Shown here: positions 51,101 to 64,000 of the stretch, in pieces
Layout of the letters: each line of letters opens with the position of its first letter
Position numbering within the stretch: position 1 is the stretch's first letter
From: Chiloscyllium plagiosum
Lineage: Eukaryota
Direction: 5' to 3'
Length of the DNA: 64,000 bases
Assembly: GCF_004010195.1 (NCBI RefSeq)
Contig: NC_057719.1
Location: 54,904,973 to 54,968,972, forward strand
Program-made: the position numbers and the translations under genes
The notes under the pieces: generated by a model
The model's input: only the letters and a program-made list of their open reading frames with translations
Databases searched by the model: none
Told to the model about the DNA's origin: nothing

Positions 51101-52783
51101 GTTTTATGTATTTTCCCCTTCGATGTTACATTGTCCAACAGGTACAGGTTTCACATTTAGAGACTGGGATGTGATGACAGCAAACCTAGTTCACACTGGA
51201 CACTGTCAGCACCAGGCCCACCCTGGTTGCTAGGTACACTTCCTTTTATTTGCTATACACCTATAGCCCATTTCCACCGACTCCCCCTCATGTGGAGACC
51301 CACCACATTGGACTTCAGCTCCAACTGTCCTCCCTGCCTCCTGAGCTGCAGCAGTACACCGTAATGATGCCCTCACTGCACCTCTACAGGCCCACTGCGA
51401 AGGCCACAATGGTAGTCTCTGTGAATGCCTCTCTTCCTATGGCTTACAATGAATACTGAGATACCCCCATCATCATCCTTACTCTTGTCTCTACTAATAC
51501 CTCAGCTTTCCTCTCTGGCCAACCAACATCCTTGACTCTCCCACCCCCTTTTGGTAGTGACACCCCTAGGCTGCCCTTATAGTTTGCACCATTCTGAAAT
51601 ACCTCAGGACCAACTTTGAGCAGACTCTAGATATGGCTGACCAGAGTCCTGACCAGTGTGTTTTCATCTGTCTGACTGATGATGTACAATTCCCCTGAAT
51701 GTTGGTGCTGACACCACAGGACTCTTTGTTGCCCACTCCCTGTAGTTGGACAGAATTGTGAACCATGCTCAGCCCAAGCAGGTGACTGACCATGGACTAG
51801 CCTCTGGACTAAGTATAGATTGAGCCATTGATTGACTGTCAGGGGATCCCCAGACAGAAAGCAGTTTTTATTTCACTGGCCTGGGGCTAACCCCCATCCA
51901 GTTACCAACCTGGCCATTTGGTTGAATACCTCTACAGTGTATCTGCTGCACAGGCAGCCGGTACATGCTGTGGTGTTACATTGATGTCTCAGTGAGCCAT
52001 GCAGCAAAATGTCCTTCCCCACCAGCCACCCCTAACACAAATTCCTACTAATAATCACGACAGATAGCCTGGCTTTCTCCCTGTGCTAAACAGCACCTCA
52101 GTAAGGTTGGATTGACAGCCTTTGGCTCAGACTAGAGTGCGGACATGCTGATAGACACAATGTGGTGGTGGAAGGCAAGGCATGGACATTGTGAAAGTGC
52201 AAATCGGTGCTAAATGATTGAGCATTAAGAGAGCAAGCAAGCAACCCATGATACAGCCTAGTCCAATCCATGTGTTGAGTGCCTGCCTATGTCTAGAAGG
52301 TGTCCTTGTGACAGCTTTTCAATGCTCATTGCCAGTATGGCCTGCAATGCAAGTCTGCGCTTCCTACATGGCCTGCAATTGGACTGGACAGCAGCCATGA
52401 TGGAGATAAGACATTGGCAAGTGACGGACACCAATGTCTGTTGATGAGGGGTGCATGCAATTGATGCCCATGGATCATGCTGTGAGATACAGCTTGGTGT
52501 TGAACAACATAGAGGCGGCTTTCAGTCAGCAGAGAGCTGAAGTTGCCAGGTACCCTTGTAGAATTCTCAATGTGTTGCTTGTTTAGCGTATTTGCTAAAC
52601 TAGGAAGCTGAATAACTATGAGGTGATTTGTGCCATTAATAAGGCATTTAGTAAGCATAATCCCCTTTAATTGGCAATTCATCATTGCCTATCAAGAAAC
52701 TGACCTCACCCACTGGGCCAAAAGCATTAAAGATGCAGTGAGTTGCTCCCGATATTCTTGCTGGTTTTCTTGTCCAGTTTCAT

Positions 52784-52913
52784 GATTCCTGAAGAAGGGC
52801 TAATGCCTGAAACGTTGATTCTCCTGTTCCCTAGATGCTGCCTGACCTGCTGCGCTTTTCCAGCTACACATTTCCATCTCTGATCTCCAGCATCTGCAGA
52901 CTTCACTTTCTCC
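52784..52913 (+). mobile_element. Penelope-like solo pLTR starting at the hammerhead motif
   Basis: gattc-ctgaaga-a-gggc-taat-gcct-gaaa-cgtt-gatt; 10-bp TSD ccagtttcat at 52774-52783 and 52914-52923. Confidence 0.82.
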
Positions 52914-54294
52914 CCAGTTTCATCACAAATCTCACTGCAGGCCGTGTCACTCAGATAGCTATGAAATTTTGCCCTACTTTTCTTCTAGGGCTACAAAAAT
53001 AATTTAAACTGCCACCACCCTAGCACGTCCTACCTGTTCACACCCACTACATCCCGTTAAGGAATACCAAAAACTCAGCAGACTTAATTCATTGCCAGCA
53101 TTTCCAACCAAATGACCTGCAACCTAAAGAGGGATAAAAGCAATAATAAATTATAAAATATTCCGATTCAAATTCCCGCCTAAGATGCATATGATAATTT
53201 GACATGTACCATCAATATTACTGCTGGTCAGATTCTTTAAATTTCTACTCAGTAGCGTTACAGAAGTAATAGCATTGGCGGAAAACCTGCAGCGAGTCAA
53301 GAAAAAAGGCACAGGATTAATTTCTGGAGGCAGCTTTAGTTGAAGAGTAAGAGCAGGCTTGGTAGCTTTACCCGCAGCCCGAGAACAAAATGTTGTCATC
53401 ATTGCAAAGCAATAGATTCCTCTCATGTGTTCCACTGTAAGATAATGTTCCCAAATAGCCTGCAGGATAACACGGTGCCTTTAATATATCTATATTGATT
53501 TTAACACTATTAACTTGTCTAGACTTTTATAAGAAATGTTTACTTATTTCTTATATTACTGCAAGCTACAATTACAAAAGGACAATAGACTGCATGTTTA
53601 TTTTAGCACCCTAAAGCAAGGACAAAATATTTTTGTGGGTCAGTATAATGGTTTTCTTTCCAAAGCTGACAAAGAGATCCAATACTACATGGCTGCAATG
53701 GGACAACAAAGTAATTAACCACCTTTATACATTGTACTGAACCAAAGTAAAATAGAAGTAATATCTTTTGAGTTTTTCTTGCTGTTTGCATGACAGAACT
53801 GCAGCAGCCGAGTGGGGAGAAGCCCAAATAGAATTCTCACACAACGATGAAGCAATTTCATTGAGTTTCCTCAGTATTTTCAACACTATAGTCACTATTA
53901 ACTGCCACTGCACTAAAAATAAAGTGTATTTGTATTTTGGTACTTTAAGGTACATTTATGCATTTAAGGTCAGGGGATGGCCAATTATCCTTCAATTCAC
54001 TGAGAGTTGTAATCTAATTCTATTTACTTGTCTTTGCCCCATGAATTAATATCTTTCATTTACAATAATCTACCAATTTCAGATTTAAAAGTAATGTTTG
54101 CTATTGCATCGTTTCGTCTTTACAGAGTAGAGTTCCAAACTTCTACCTATCCCAAATTGAATCTCCGATAGAATATGCCCTCTGTCAAAGATTCTATAAT
54201 CACTTTGTCACAGACTGCAAGATCTGAACATTTTGCCATACTGAACTCATGGCTGCCTTCTCTGTTGGGAGGTGTAAATAAAATTACTTAATGA

Positions 54295-54575
54295 GAACTT
54301 TTCAAATAAGGGGTAGCAAATATAAAACTAGTATAAAGAGAAATTATTTCTCTCAATGGGTCATGAATCTGTAGAATTCACTACCCCAGAGTGTGGTGAT
54401 GCTGGGACATTGAGTAAATTTAAGGAGGCGATAGACAGATTTTCAATTCGTAATAAGTCAAAGGGTTACAGATCGTAGGCAGGAAAGTGTAGTTGAGGTT
54501 GAGATGAGATCAGCATTGGCAGAGCAGGATCAAGGGGCTGATTTGCCTACGCCTTGTCCTAGTTCTTATGATCCT
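54295..54575 (+). mobile_element. CR1 LINE 3' end
   Basis: KIRGSKYKTSIKRNYFSQWVMNL*NSLPQ remnant; cctagttcttatg tail. Confidence 0.75.
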
Positions 54576-55069
54576 CCGATGACTGCCTGATGTGAGTTCA
54601 TATGTTGATCTTTCCCAGCACAACTTGTATCAGAACAATGATGATTTTTATCTTCTTTGCTTCTCATTTATTGAAGTACAGATGGAAGAACATTATGAAA
54701 GACTTTTGGATTGCCGAAAGTTAATTAGAAAAAAAGTCATCAGGAAGAAAAAACACTGAAGGCATGTTTAGGGATAATGGGAAAATTTAATCTTAGCAAC
54801 AAGAACCGGTGTAATAATGAAAGAAAGATAGCAAATTTGAGTGAAAGCAAATAAAATAGGATGAAGTAAATGTGTTCCTCCCGATGTTGTGGCCAAATAC
54901 TTTTGAGGTGGTATTAACTATTATTGCCCATGAGACCCTAGTACAATGGACTGTTTGAAAATGCGTGAGATTGTCGGTTCATATTTTGCCATGAGTAAGA
55001 ACACAGTTGAATCTGGAATTAACTCCTGGAATTAACTCCTCAGCAGATCTGGAAACAAAACAATTGCCA

Positions 55070-55258
55070 AATAAGAAACGAAAGCAGAAGTTGCTGAAAA
55101 AGCTCAGCAGGTCTGGCAGCATCTGCAAAGAGAAATCAGAGTTAAGGTTTTGGATCTGGTGACCCTTCCTCAGAACAATTAACTCAGATTTCTCTTCAAT
55201 GATCATGCCAGATCTGCTGAGCTTTTCTGCTCTTGTTTCTGATTTGCAGCATCCACAA
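55070..55258. mobile_element. Penelope-like inverted pLTR pair (second family)
   Basis: aaaagctcagcaggtctggc / gccagatctgctgagctttt arms; minus strand gttctgaggaagggtcaccagatccaaaacc. Confidence 0.7.
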
Positions 55259-57160
55259 TTTAACTGCCACGTAAGACTGTTTTCTTGATTGTCAGAATCA
55301 CTTGCAGCAATGTGAGCGTGGTACGCACTTAGAAATTGACCTTACAGACACAGTTCTGGGTGACAAACAGAACAACATCATTAAGGGAAAGCCTGTGAGC
55401 AAAAATAATAATTTCAACCAAAAGGAAACTTTTAATTAGACACAGTAAATGGGAACACCAGAAAGAGATGGTTACGGAGGAGGTTGCAAAGAAGTTACTC
55501 CCCTGGGTCAGCTGAAGTGATCCACCACTTTCCAGCCATGGCATCTGATCTCACAGTCTCAGGGTCAGAAATTTAGATGCTACTATTGCTGTGGTAGCCA
55601 CCAAACATTTAAATGCTCCCATTTCTAGTCAAAGTAGTATGTCTGTGGGAAAGCTGATTGTATCCAGATGGCATATAAGAATAAAGTAAACAGTGTTCAT
55701 TCATGGTAAAACTTCACTGTTGGGATTGGAGTTCGCTGGGCAGCATGAGATCGTATCTTATTGCTGTCAGAGCACTGAACTGCTATCCCCAAACATAAAC
55801 AATTTCTAAGAAAAAAAAGGAAGATGGCAATCGAGGCCATTTGTTCCATAAACTGATGTCAAAGCACCATATGGCACTTTCAGTCACTCTATTCTCAAAG
55901 CAGTGATAAGGTAAATAACAGTTTTGTTCCAAAGAAGAATGAAAGCTAACTTTCAGCTGAAGGTGGGCAAGCAGGAAATAGTTATTCTGACCTCATGGGC
56001 AGTTGTCCCCTGTCTATTGGTCAGAAGAATTCAAATAGTTGATTGACACGGTGTAAACTACCAGCCCTTGGAAATAGGATGCATTAATAAGTGCTCAAGC
56101 ATAAAGGGCAGTCCTCACCAAGAAGCTATCTTCTTCAGATGGAAGATGAACTAGAAGAGAAGGAAGATCCAAGGAAGAACTCTGTAACACCTTGGCTGCA
56201 GAGCAGGATGCAGCCTTCAGAGCCTTGAATGAGATTGATACACATTGTGCCAGCAGCTTATTGTCTTGTGATATCTCAATTGTCATGTGCTATATACTCT
56301 TCTTTGTTTATCTAATGCATCATATCTAAACTTTTGTTTCTGAACAAACTTAATCAACTATCTGAACATTCTTTGACTGCCTGTATCAGGTAGCTGTGGT
56401 AATGGTAATGAATCTTCAAACTCTAACACCAGATCACGGGCATGCATCATATTGATGTCAGGCTTGATCTTAAGCTAGTTCAAGAATCTGAAAATCACCA
56501 AATGTACATATGATAGAGAAACAGAAGCTGATGTTATTGAGCAACAAGATCAAGATCATGCAAGGGACGATATAAAATAGCACATGGACAATGGGAGCAC
56601 TCATGTTGATGATAAAATTACAGTATGTGTAGTTTAATGTTTGCTTAACACAAACTGACCAATTGCACAGCAAAAGTATTAAACTAAATGTAGGTTCTGT
56701 TTATTTAAACTTATATTATGGGATTACGTAGCAAATAGATTCATTGTAAAGATTCAGCAATGATTGTCATAGGAAAGCACAGGTGCTGCTCTCTCTCTCT
56801 CTTTTGCAACCTCCAAACCAGAATGAGTTGGGGATCCTGATCACATGATCTGAATTCTGGTTGTTTTTCATTACCATTTTTTCTTGTAAAATTCTATTAT
56901 ATCATTTATTTTCCAAGATGGCATCATATACATGAAGAATGAATATAGGTGTATATTAGGATAGTTGTGAAAGCTATTTAAACAAAAATAAGTCCCTGCG
57001 TAAAAGTTTAAGAATTGAATAATTGAAGATCTTGTGTGTGTCTATAACATTTACTTAGTTTAACAATCCGTGTAAATCTCATTATTGCATGATTTTCCAT
57101 TTAGTTTAGATTTATCACTTGCCTGTTCTGACATGTAAGTGTCTTCTGTATTATTGAGGG

Positions 57161-57268
57161 TCTCTGAGGAAGGATCACTGAACCTGAAACGTTAATGCTG
57201 ATTCGTCTCCATAGTTGTTGCCAAACCTACTGAGCTCTTCCAGCAATTTCTGTTTTTGTTTCTGATTG
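57161..57268 (+). mobile_element. Penelope-like solo pLTR
   Basis: ctgagga-a-ggatca-c-tgaacct-gaaa-cgtt-aat followed by the pLTR unit. Confidence 0.7.
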
Positions 57269-58927
57269 TCTTCATGGTGGTCTTCCAAAACTTTGCTTTT
57301 GGAGTTTATTTTTACAACATTTTTATTAGCTCCTTACCAAGTTACCATGTCATGCCTGGTGTCAGTGCAGCAGAAGTGCCTAGATTGCAAAGAGAAAGCA
57401 CCAAAAATCGCTTTCACTCTGTCTTTCTCTTTTGTGTGGATGGACCACAATGTCTCTGGTAACAGCTGGCTGGTTTCCACTTAACTTTCTCTGAAAATCT
57501 GTTGTTGAAGAAGGAATGAATGCATTCAATTATACTGAAAGGACAAATTTTCAATCAGTGAGTGAAAAATTGAACATTGATGTGAAAACAACCTTGCATC
57601 AATAGCAAAGTACTAAAAGAAATTGCAACAAAACAAAAGAAAGTAAGTCATCAATGGCTATGATGCTGACTCACGCTGTTGAACTATGTTTCAATGATTT
57701 TATTTTTACTTTTCCATCTTTAATCTTCACGTCTTTGTTTGTTTATCTGTACTTGGGAAGGGGAAATTTAAATGGTGTACAGTTTAGGTATAGCAAATTA
57801 CAGGTTAGCAATTGGTGTTTTAATTACTGGCATTGGTTCGAGACAATGTTTTTCAGAATAAAGTCATTTCTTTGTCAAGTGCAGAAACTGGGGTGAGCAT
57901 TTTCTTTTGACCTGTGTTCATTAGCCAAGTAAATTAGGTAATTGGAAGGTTTGATTTTGTTTCCACTTTCGATGACTCCAGGAAAGTGGAAAATATCCAG
58001 TGCACAATCCCAGGGAGTTGTGGCAGTGATGGCACTACAAGATAAGATGGCAGACAACAGAGGAAGACTTTTAAGAAAATATTTTGTAACTCCTGACAAA
58101 GAAACGTTCAGTTGAGGAACAAAAATTCTACCAGAAGGATGCACCAATCACAACTGAGGAACTGAAGCGAGGTATTAAATTGAAAGAAAAGGTGTACAAT
58201 GCCGTAAAGATTGAGCAAGCTTTTGAAATTTTGCAAAGGATGGCTGAAGAAAAATGAAAAAGAGGGAGAAATTGGATTCTGAGAAAACAAAACTAGACAA
58301 TAAAAACAAACAGTAAAGACTTCTCTATGCACAGGAAAAGGAAAATGACAGCTAAAGTGAGCAGTGGTCCCTTAAAGCGTGAGTTGGGGAAACTATTAAG
58401 GAGCCAAATATACATTCATACATGGGGTCCTCTGGAAACAAAATAAATATGTTCCAGCCGGTGCAGTGTTTTGATATGAACATGAAAAAGAAAACTAGTC
58501 ATCTAAAGTGCAGGTCAGAGGTAGGAAATTCAGTGATAAGTAAAACAACAATTGACTCTGCAAAACCTGTCCAACATGAACACAACACAAGTGAGAGGTT
58601 TAAAGAATTTTTCAACTTATTTAAATGAATGCATCTCTGACAACGGAGAAGAAACTCAACACAATTCAGTTCAAAGCAGTCCATTTCATTGACACCCCCA
58701 TCTACCACCTTTTACCTTAATTCTATCTACTATTGATGCAAAGTATGTATCATCTACAAAAATCAAAGCAACAGCTCACCAAAACTCCTTGATAGTACTT
58801 TCAAGTCCACAAACTCTGCCATCTAGAAGGACAAGAGTAGCATATGCAAGGGAACAACATCCTCCAATTTTCCATCCAACTAACACTGTGCTTTGTTTTG
58901 GAACTATATCACTGCCTCTTCACGGTC

Positions 58928-59083
58928 ACTTATTGATTTAATTCCCTATAATGTGGAAACAGGCCCTTTGGCCCAACTAGTCAGAGGGAAATGGATTTGG
59001 GTGGGTTATTCTTCAGAGGGTTGGTGTGGACTTGTTGGGCCAAAGGGCCTGTTTCCACATTATAAGGAATTAAATCAATAAGT
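58928..59083. repeat. Fold-back of a V-SINE 3' end (50-bp arms, 49/50 identical)
   Basis: 58928-58977 is the reverse complement of 59034-59083. Confidence 0.85.
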
Positions 59084-62000
59084 TGCTGCGTTCCTTCTCC
59101 CCTCAACCGCCCCCCACCCCATCTTCACTCAACAAAGGAAACTGCTAACCTCAGGCACTAATGCCAAAAAGTGACTGTTGCATGCCCCCTTTAAATGAAT
59201 GCAGATCAGTGACACAAGTTTGTCATGCATCATTTATGTAATCTTGAAGGAAAACATAATTACATTATGTTTTTTTGATAATGAGCATTCACAATGCATA
59301 AATGTATTTCAAGCAGGAATTGCCACGGGATAGCGCGAGGCCTGACTCACTTCCACGCCCTTGTCCTAATCTCCACAACTCAACCTGCCTTTGGGAAATT
59401 GAAATTCCGGCTCCTGTCTAATTAATTCACCCCATCTGCCATTATTCCTGCCCTTACAGTCCTCATAAAATCCCAGCCATTATGTTTAACTTCATCACAT
59501 TATGATCAGCATTAGATAAAACTGCATGCATCATTAGGATGTTAACTAAGTCTACCTCATTCTACATTATTATGTTTAATTTGTCAGGTCCCCTCATTAG
59601 TCGACAGGAAGCGTATGGCAGCAGCTTAGGAGATTTTGCTGATAGCAAGGTTCTCCATAAACAGTTACTTAATAAAAGACATCTTATAACCCATTCCCCT
59701 TGACACAGGATGACAGTTCAGAAGCCGTTGGCAAAGGGAAGAGGAGGAGGAGGACAAGTGCTCTCAACAGGTAGCCATGTACACTCAGGGTGCTCAAGTA
59801 GTAATTCTTTAGTTGAACCAAAGCAAGAAGCAATTTGGGGTGAATGCTAACTTTTATCCATCTGCCTCCAGCTAGGCTGTAGTTGGAGATATTCACAACT
59901 TGCTGTTTACAGTTGTGTGAGGTAGATCAATGACACCATCCACTCATTGGCAGGTGAGTACCTATTATCATACTCAGGTGTGTGAATTGAGCACATGGTT
60001 TCAGCTTCGCTCTGGTGCAGGCTGCCATTGACCAAATGCACATTGTTTTGTGGGAGCTGTATATTAGTGAAATGGAATTTCACTCTCTAAGCATCTAACT
60101 GGTGTGAAACCATACACATGCAATCATACAGGTCCTTGTCTGGTATATTGGGAGCAGTCACAATGCCTTCATACTGCAACAGTCTTCAATACCGCCTGCT
60201 TTTGAACCAAATAAACAAACCAAACGATGGTTGTAGGACCTAAAAACTGTCCTTTGTGTAGCAGCTGATAATTCTGTCACTCAAAACACACCAATGTATG
60301 CAGCATGCATAGAATGAAAGCCACATTGGTACATTAAATATGATAGGAAAGATAATTAATGTACTAAAACATTCACAGTCAACACACCCATGTTGGGCTA
60401 TTTAATACTTAGCAGACGAAATGCTAAGATTCCTGGTGGTTTGGATCACCCTGAGAACCTTAAAATTATGACCATACAGTTCCTGCCACCAGCTCTATAG
60501 CTTAACCTTCAGTACACATGAACCATGCCCTTTGGAACTGCTTTCATATGTTGCACTTTACACAATATTGTGTACTGGCAAGGACATTAGTGAACCGGAT
60601 GAATCGACAATCTACAAGGTTTCATGGTCATCATAGGTTCTCAGTTCCAGATTTTTATTGAATTCAAATTCTACTATCTGCCATAACAGGATTTAAACAC
60701 GGGTTCCCATGGTATGATGAGGCCATCACCTCCCCATATTTCTCTTTTGTGGCCCTTGCAATGTAAGAATATTCTGTTAAACTAGTACTTGAAAGCCATA
60801 TGTATAGTAAGACATTGTTTGTGGAAAACATCACTACTGATCAGCATAATGCTTGTAGTCACAGGAGAGAAAAAGAACATTCTGAACATCCACTTAAGTA
60901 ATTTGGGTGATGCATACTGTAGAGGAATCAAGTTCAGATAAAGCAAAGATGATATGGAAAACACATGCCTCGACCGTTGATCATAGAGCTGTGTTGGAAG
61001 GACAGAGCACAACTGCAAAAAACAAAGAAGTAACTGAAATCAAAACATATGAAAAATGTCAATGGAATGCAATCAGATGTGTAGCATGGAGGAAATCATT
61101 TTAATTTTTCAGAAAATTATCCCTGAAGTTAATAGATAACAACTTTGAATGAATCAACATATTATGGATAGTGTATTACAATAACCCTTTGTAAAAGAGA
61201 AATACTATCGATTGTAGATATAATTACATTATCAGGCTTATAGTGCAGCAAAGATGACAAGGACATCTTTGTTCAATAGCAGCTGGAACCAGTATATTGG
61301 TCACCAAGTGAGACATTTATCAGGCTGTGAAAATAATATTACAAAGGAGGAGGGGCTTTTCATTCAAAATAAGGGAAAACATAGTATTGAGTTTTCTTCT
61401 AAATCAAAACATGGGATGAGATCAAAGCTATATTTCAATTTGTTTAAAATTAACCTAATGCAGTACACATTTCCGTTGCTTCTATAAGTAGCTCGCTTAT
61501 TTGTCAGGATGGAACAAATTAAATTGTTACTTCCTTACAAATTTGCCCGGTTCAGCATTCTGAGGCAGGTTTTCTCTGTACTTGTTGACAAAGATTTGTA
61601 TGACAAGTAATAAATAGCTTGAATTCTTTGAAAGGGAAATAATGAGTTGTTACATTGTTTGGAATTTATCTGTGAAATAAATTACAAAACAATTTGCAAC
61701 ATAAGGGGCAGTTTTGATACTGCTGTGTCATTTTTCATTAAAAACAGCTTCAAAATAATTACCACTGCTTTTAAAAAGTTCATTTTATTAGAATTCCTTT
61801 GATGATCTCATATTAAAGCGTAGTAAATATTTGTTCCCTCAAGACCAAAAGAAAACCTAGAGTCAGCAGTGAACTCCTACAAAGATTCTCATGTGATCTT
61901 AACTATATAATTCAGCTCTCTCAGTCTTTCAAATTTTAAGAATCAATATTTGAGCTCATAATGAGATTCCCAGTTCTACACCTATTGATTTAATTCAGTG

Positions 62001-63499
62001 CATCATAACAAATAACTAAATTGTGTTTCACAAGTTGAATCATGTTCCTTACTCACCTAAAGCAAAATACTGTAGCAAACTGAATAGGAACAACTAAAGG
62101 TAAATGTGTTTTTCTGTTACTGACCTGCATCCCTTTCTCCTTAAAGAAGCATGCTCTCACTGTATGCTGCAGACTTCATGGTACAAAGAATTATTTCTGA
62201 AAAGCATTGTGCAGAACTGGTATTCCTGTCCTCCCCTTTCCCATGTAACCATCCTTATCATACCCTTATTTCCACTCTGGACAAGTGGGGTTTGTCCAGA
62301 GAACTAGAATGGTTGAGTCAGTTTATTTTTCTGTCTGATCACACTTCTGATGCAGGCAACTCTCTCAGAAAAACAAACCCTTGTGCTCTGAATTAAAGCT
62401 AGGAACATTTGTGGCAAATAAGGCCAGCCAGATTAATAGACCTTTTTCTTGTCTTGTTGTCTGTTGCATTCAAGCTGGTCAACTCAATGCACAGAATCAG
62501 CTCTTTTGACAACCGTTGCATCTGGTAGTTTTCATTTGCTGACAGGAAAAAGTGAAAATGAAATTCAACCTGCATGAGGGGCACTAGATATTACTTGTAT
62601 TTAAGGGATGAGAGACCCAGTGAAATGGATTTCCGCTCCTATTTACTGTTGCTCACATTGGGGAATAAGCAGTCCTGGGTGTGAGCAACAATTGACTCCA
62701 ATGGATCTATAAAATAATCAGTGTGAAACTTTACATGTATCTGAAATAATCTTGTCAATTGGTATTCAATCGTGACATAAAAGAATTTAAAACTGAGTAT
62801 GTATCTAAACTGAACTAAAAGTAAGAAGTAACATTTATGTGGTACTCTTCATGGCCTTAGGATTTTCAAGGCACCTATCTGCCAGTTAAATACTTCTTAT
62901 GTAGTGTGGGAATAGTTCAATAGCTTCATTAAAGCTCAGAGATGAATAGTTTCAGATTTTTGTGACTTTGATCATCTAGTAAACTGAATCCAATAGTATA
63001 ACTACTTTATACCAGGAGCAAGAGGAAACAAAAGACAAGCTGAAGAAGTGGTGAATCTGGAAATTTAACTTAAGGTAAATTGAAAAGCCAATAGCAATTA
63101 TTGTGACATTGATTCCTTTTAATTAAATTTGAATAATTTTTACTGTTGTTCTAACTTGGTTGCACAACATGAATCAACAAACAAAGTTTATACCACATAA
63201 ATGTAACTGCATATCTTTATCATGGATATTACAACAACTTTTGCAATTCTTTAAAATAAAAAGATGTAGTAATTAAGTGTTGCTGGGGAAAAGAAATAAA
63301 AGCACTCAGATTGCATATATTTCAATAATTTGTGGATAGAGGAAATCTTAAAGAAAGACTGAATTTTCTGACTGTCGCATTTTCATGCTCCTCTGCATCT
63401 GTACCTTGTGTAATGAGATCAGGAACCTTACACAGGAATTACAAAGAAGGTCAAATATTCTGATTGAATTCACAGTTTAGACATTTATTCAAAGTACCT

Positions 63500-63830
63500 T
63501 GAATCCCAGTAAAAATACTAATCAACCTTAAAGTTCATGGCGCCAAACCAAAGCTTTGTTCTGGATGCTGTTGAACTCCCTGAGAGGTTTTTGATCATTC
63601 ATATGACCAGCAAGTTTACTCAGAAGTTTAACAATCGATTCTTTGGCCTCAGCTGGTTCTGATGTCTCCGGGAATGGGATCTCACAGTTTGTGGGTGATG
63701 ATCTCAGTCACAATTTGAGCTATTCTTGATGTTTCTCAGCCACTGATGACATCTTTCATGGCCCATTGTCAAGCACTTGAGAGTTGGTCAGATTTTCCAT
63801 GAAAGGATAAAACGTGGGACTTCATTACTT
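63500..63830 (-). mobile_element. Possible Gypsy integrase C-terminal remnant
   Basis: SYE..KTSQGV-like motif on the minus strand; weak. Confidence 0.25.
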
Positions 63831-63899
63831 GGGTGAGTTACCCAGCTGTGGTTGGTGAGTGTTGTAGTCAGCTAGCAGGTGTGCCATCAAAATATGGAC

Positions 63900-64000
63900 A
63901 AAGTTAACTTATAGCTATAAATCCTGTGTTTTATGATCCTGTTCCACAGTTACCTGATGAAGGAGCAGATCTCCAAAAGCTAGTGCTTCCAAATTTACAT
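63900..64000 (+). mobile_element. Penelope-like pLTR (third family) with hammerhead motif, cut by the window end
   Basis: ac-ctgatga-a-ggag-cagat-ctcc-aaaa-gcta-gt. Confidence 0.65.

Overview
Repeat-dense, AT-rich vertebrate non-genic DNA, almost certainly from a shark. This is inferred from HE1-type V-SINEs with (TAATC)n tails paired with CR1/HER1-type LINEs. I could not support any intact host protein-coding gene, and nearly all ORFs in the track come from decayed transposons. The window holds CR1, Rex1/Babar and RTE LINE fragments, Gypsy gag/pol remnants and solo LTRs, V-SINEs, Deu-type SINE pieces, a PIF/Harbinger transposase remnant and a pogo-like MITE. The most notable system is a set of about 15 Penelope-like pseudo-LTR insertions from at least 3 families. 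They carry minimal hammerhead-ribozyme motifs (CUGANGA-A-stem II-GAAA-palindromic stem III-UH); several have 10-18 bp TSDs and fold-back arms that break at a fixed point. There are also several unexplained local duplications and inversions, including an ancient ~300 bp enhancer-like duplication at ~48.5/49.6 kb. An assembly gap (N) spans 34299-34656. All calls were made by eye, without database searches.
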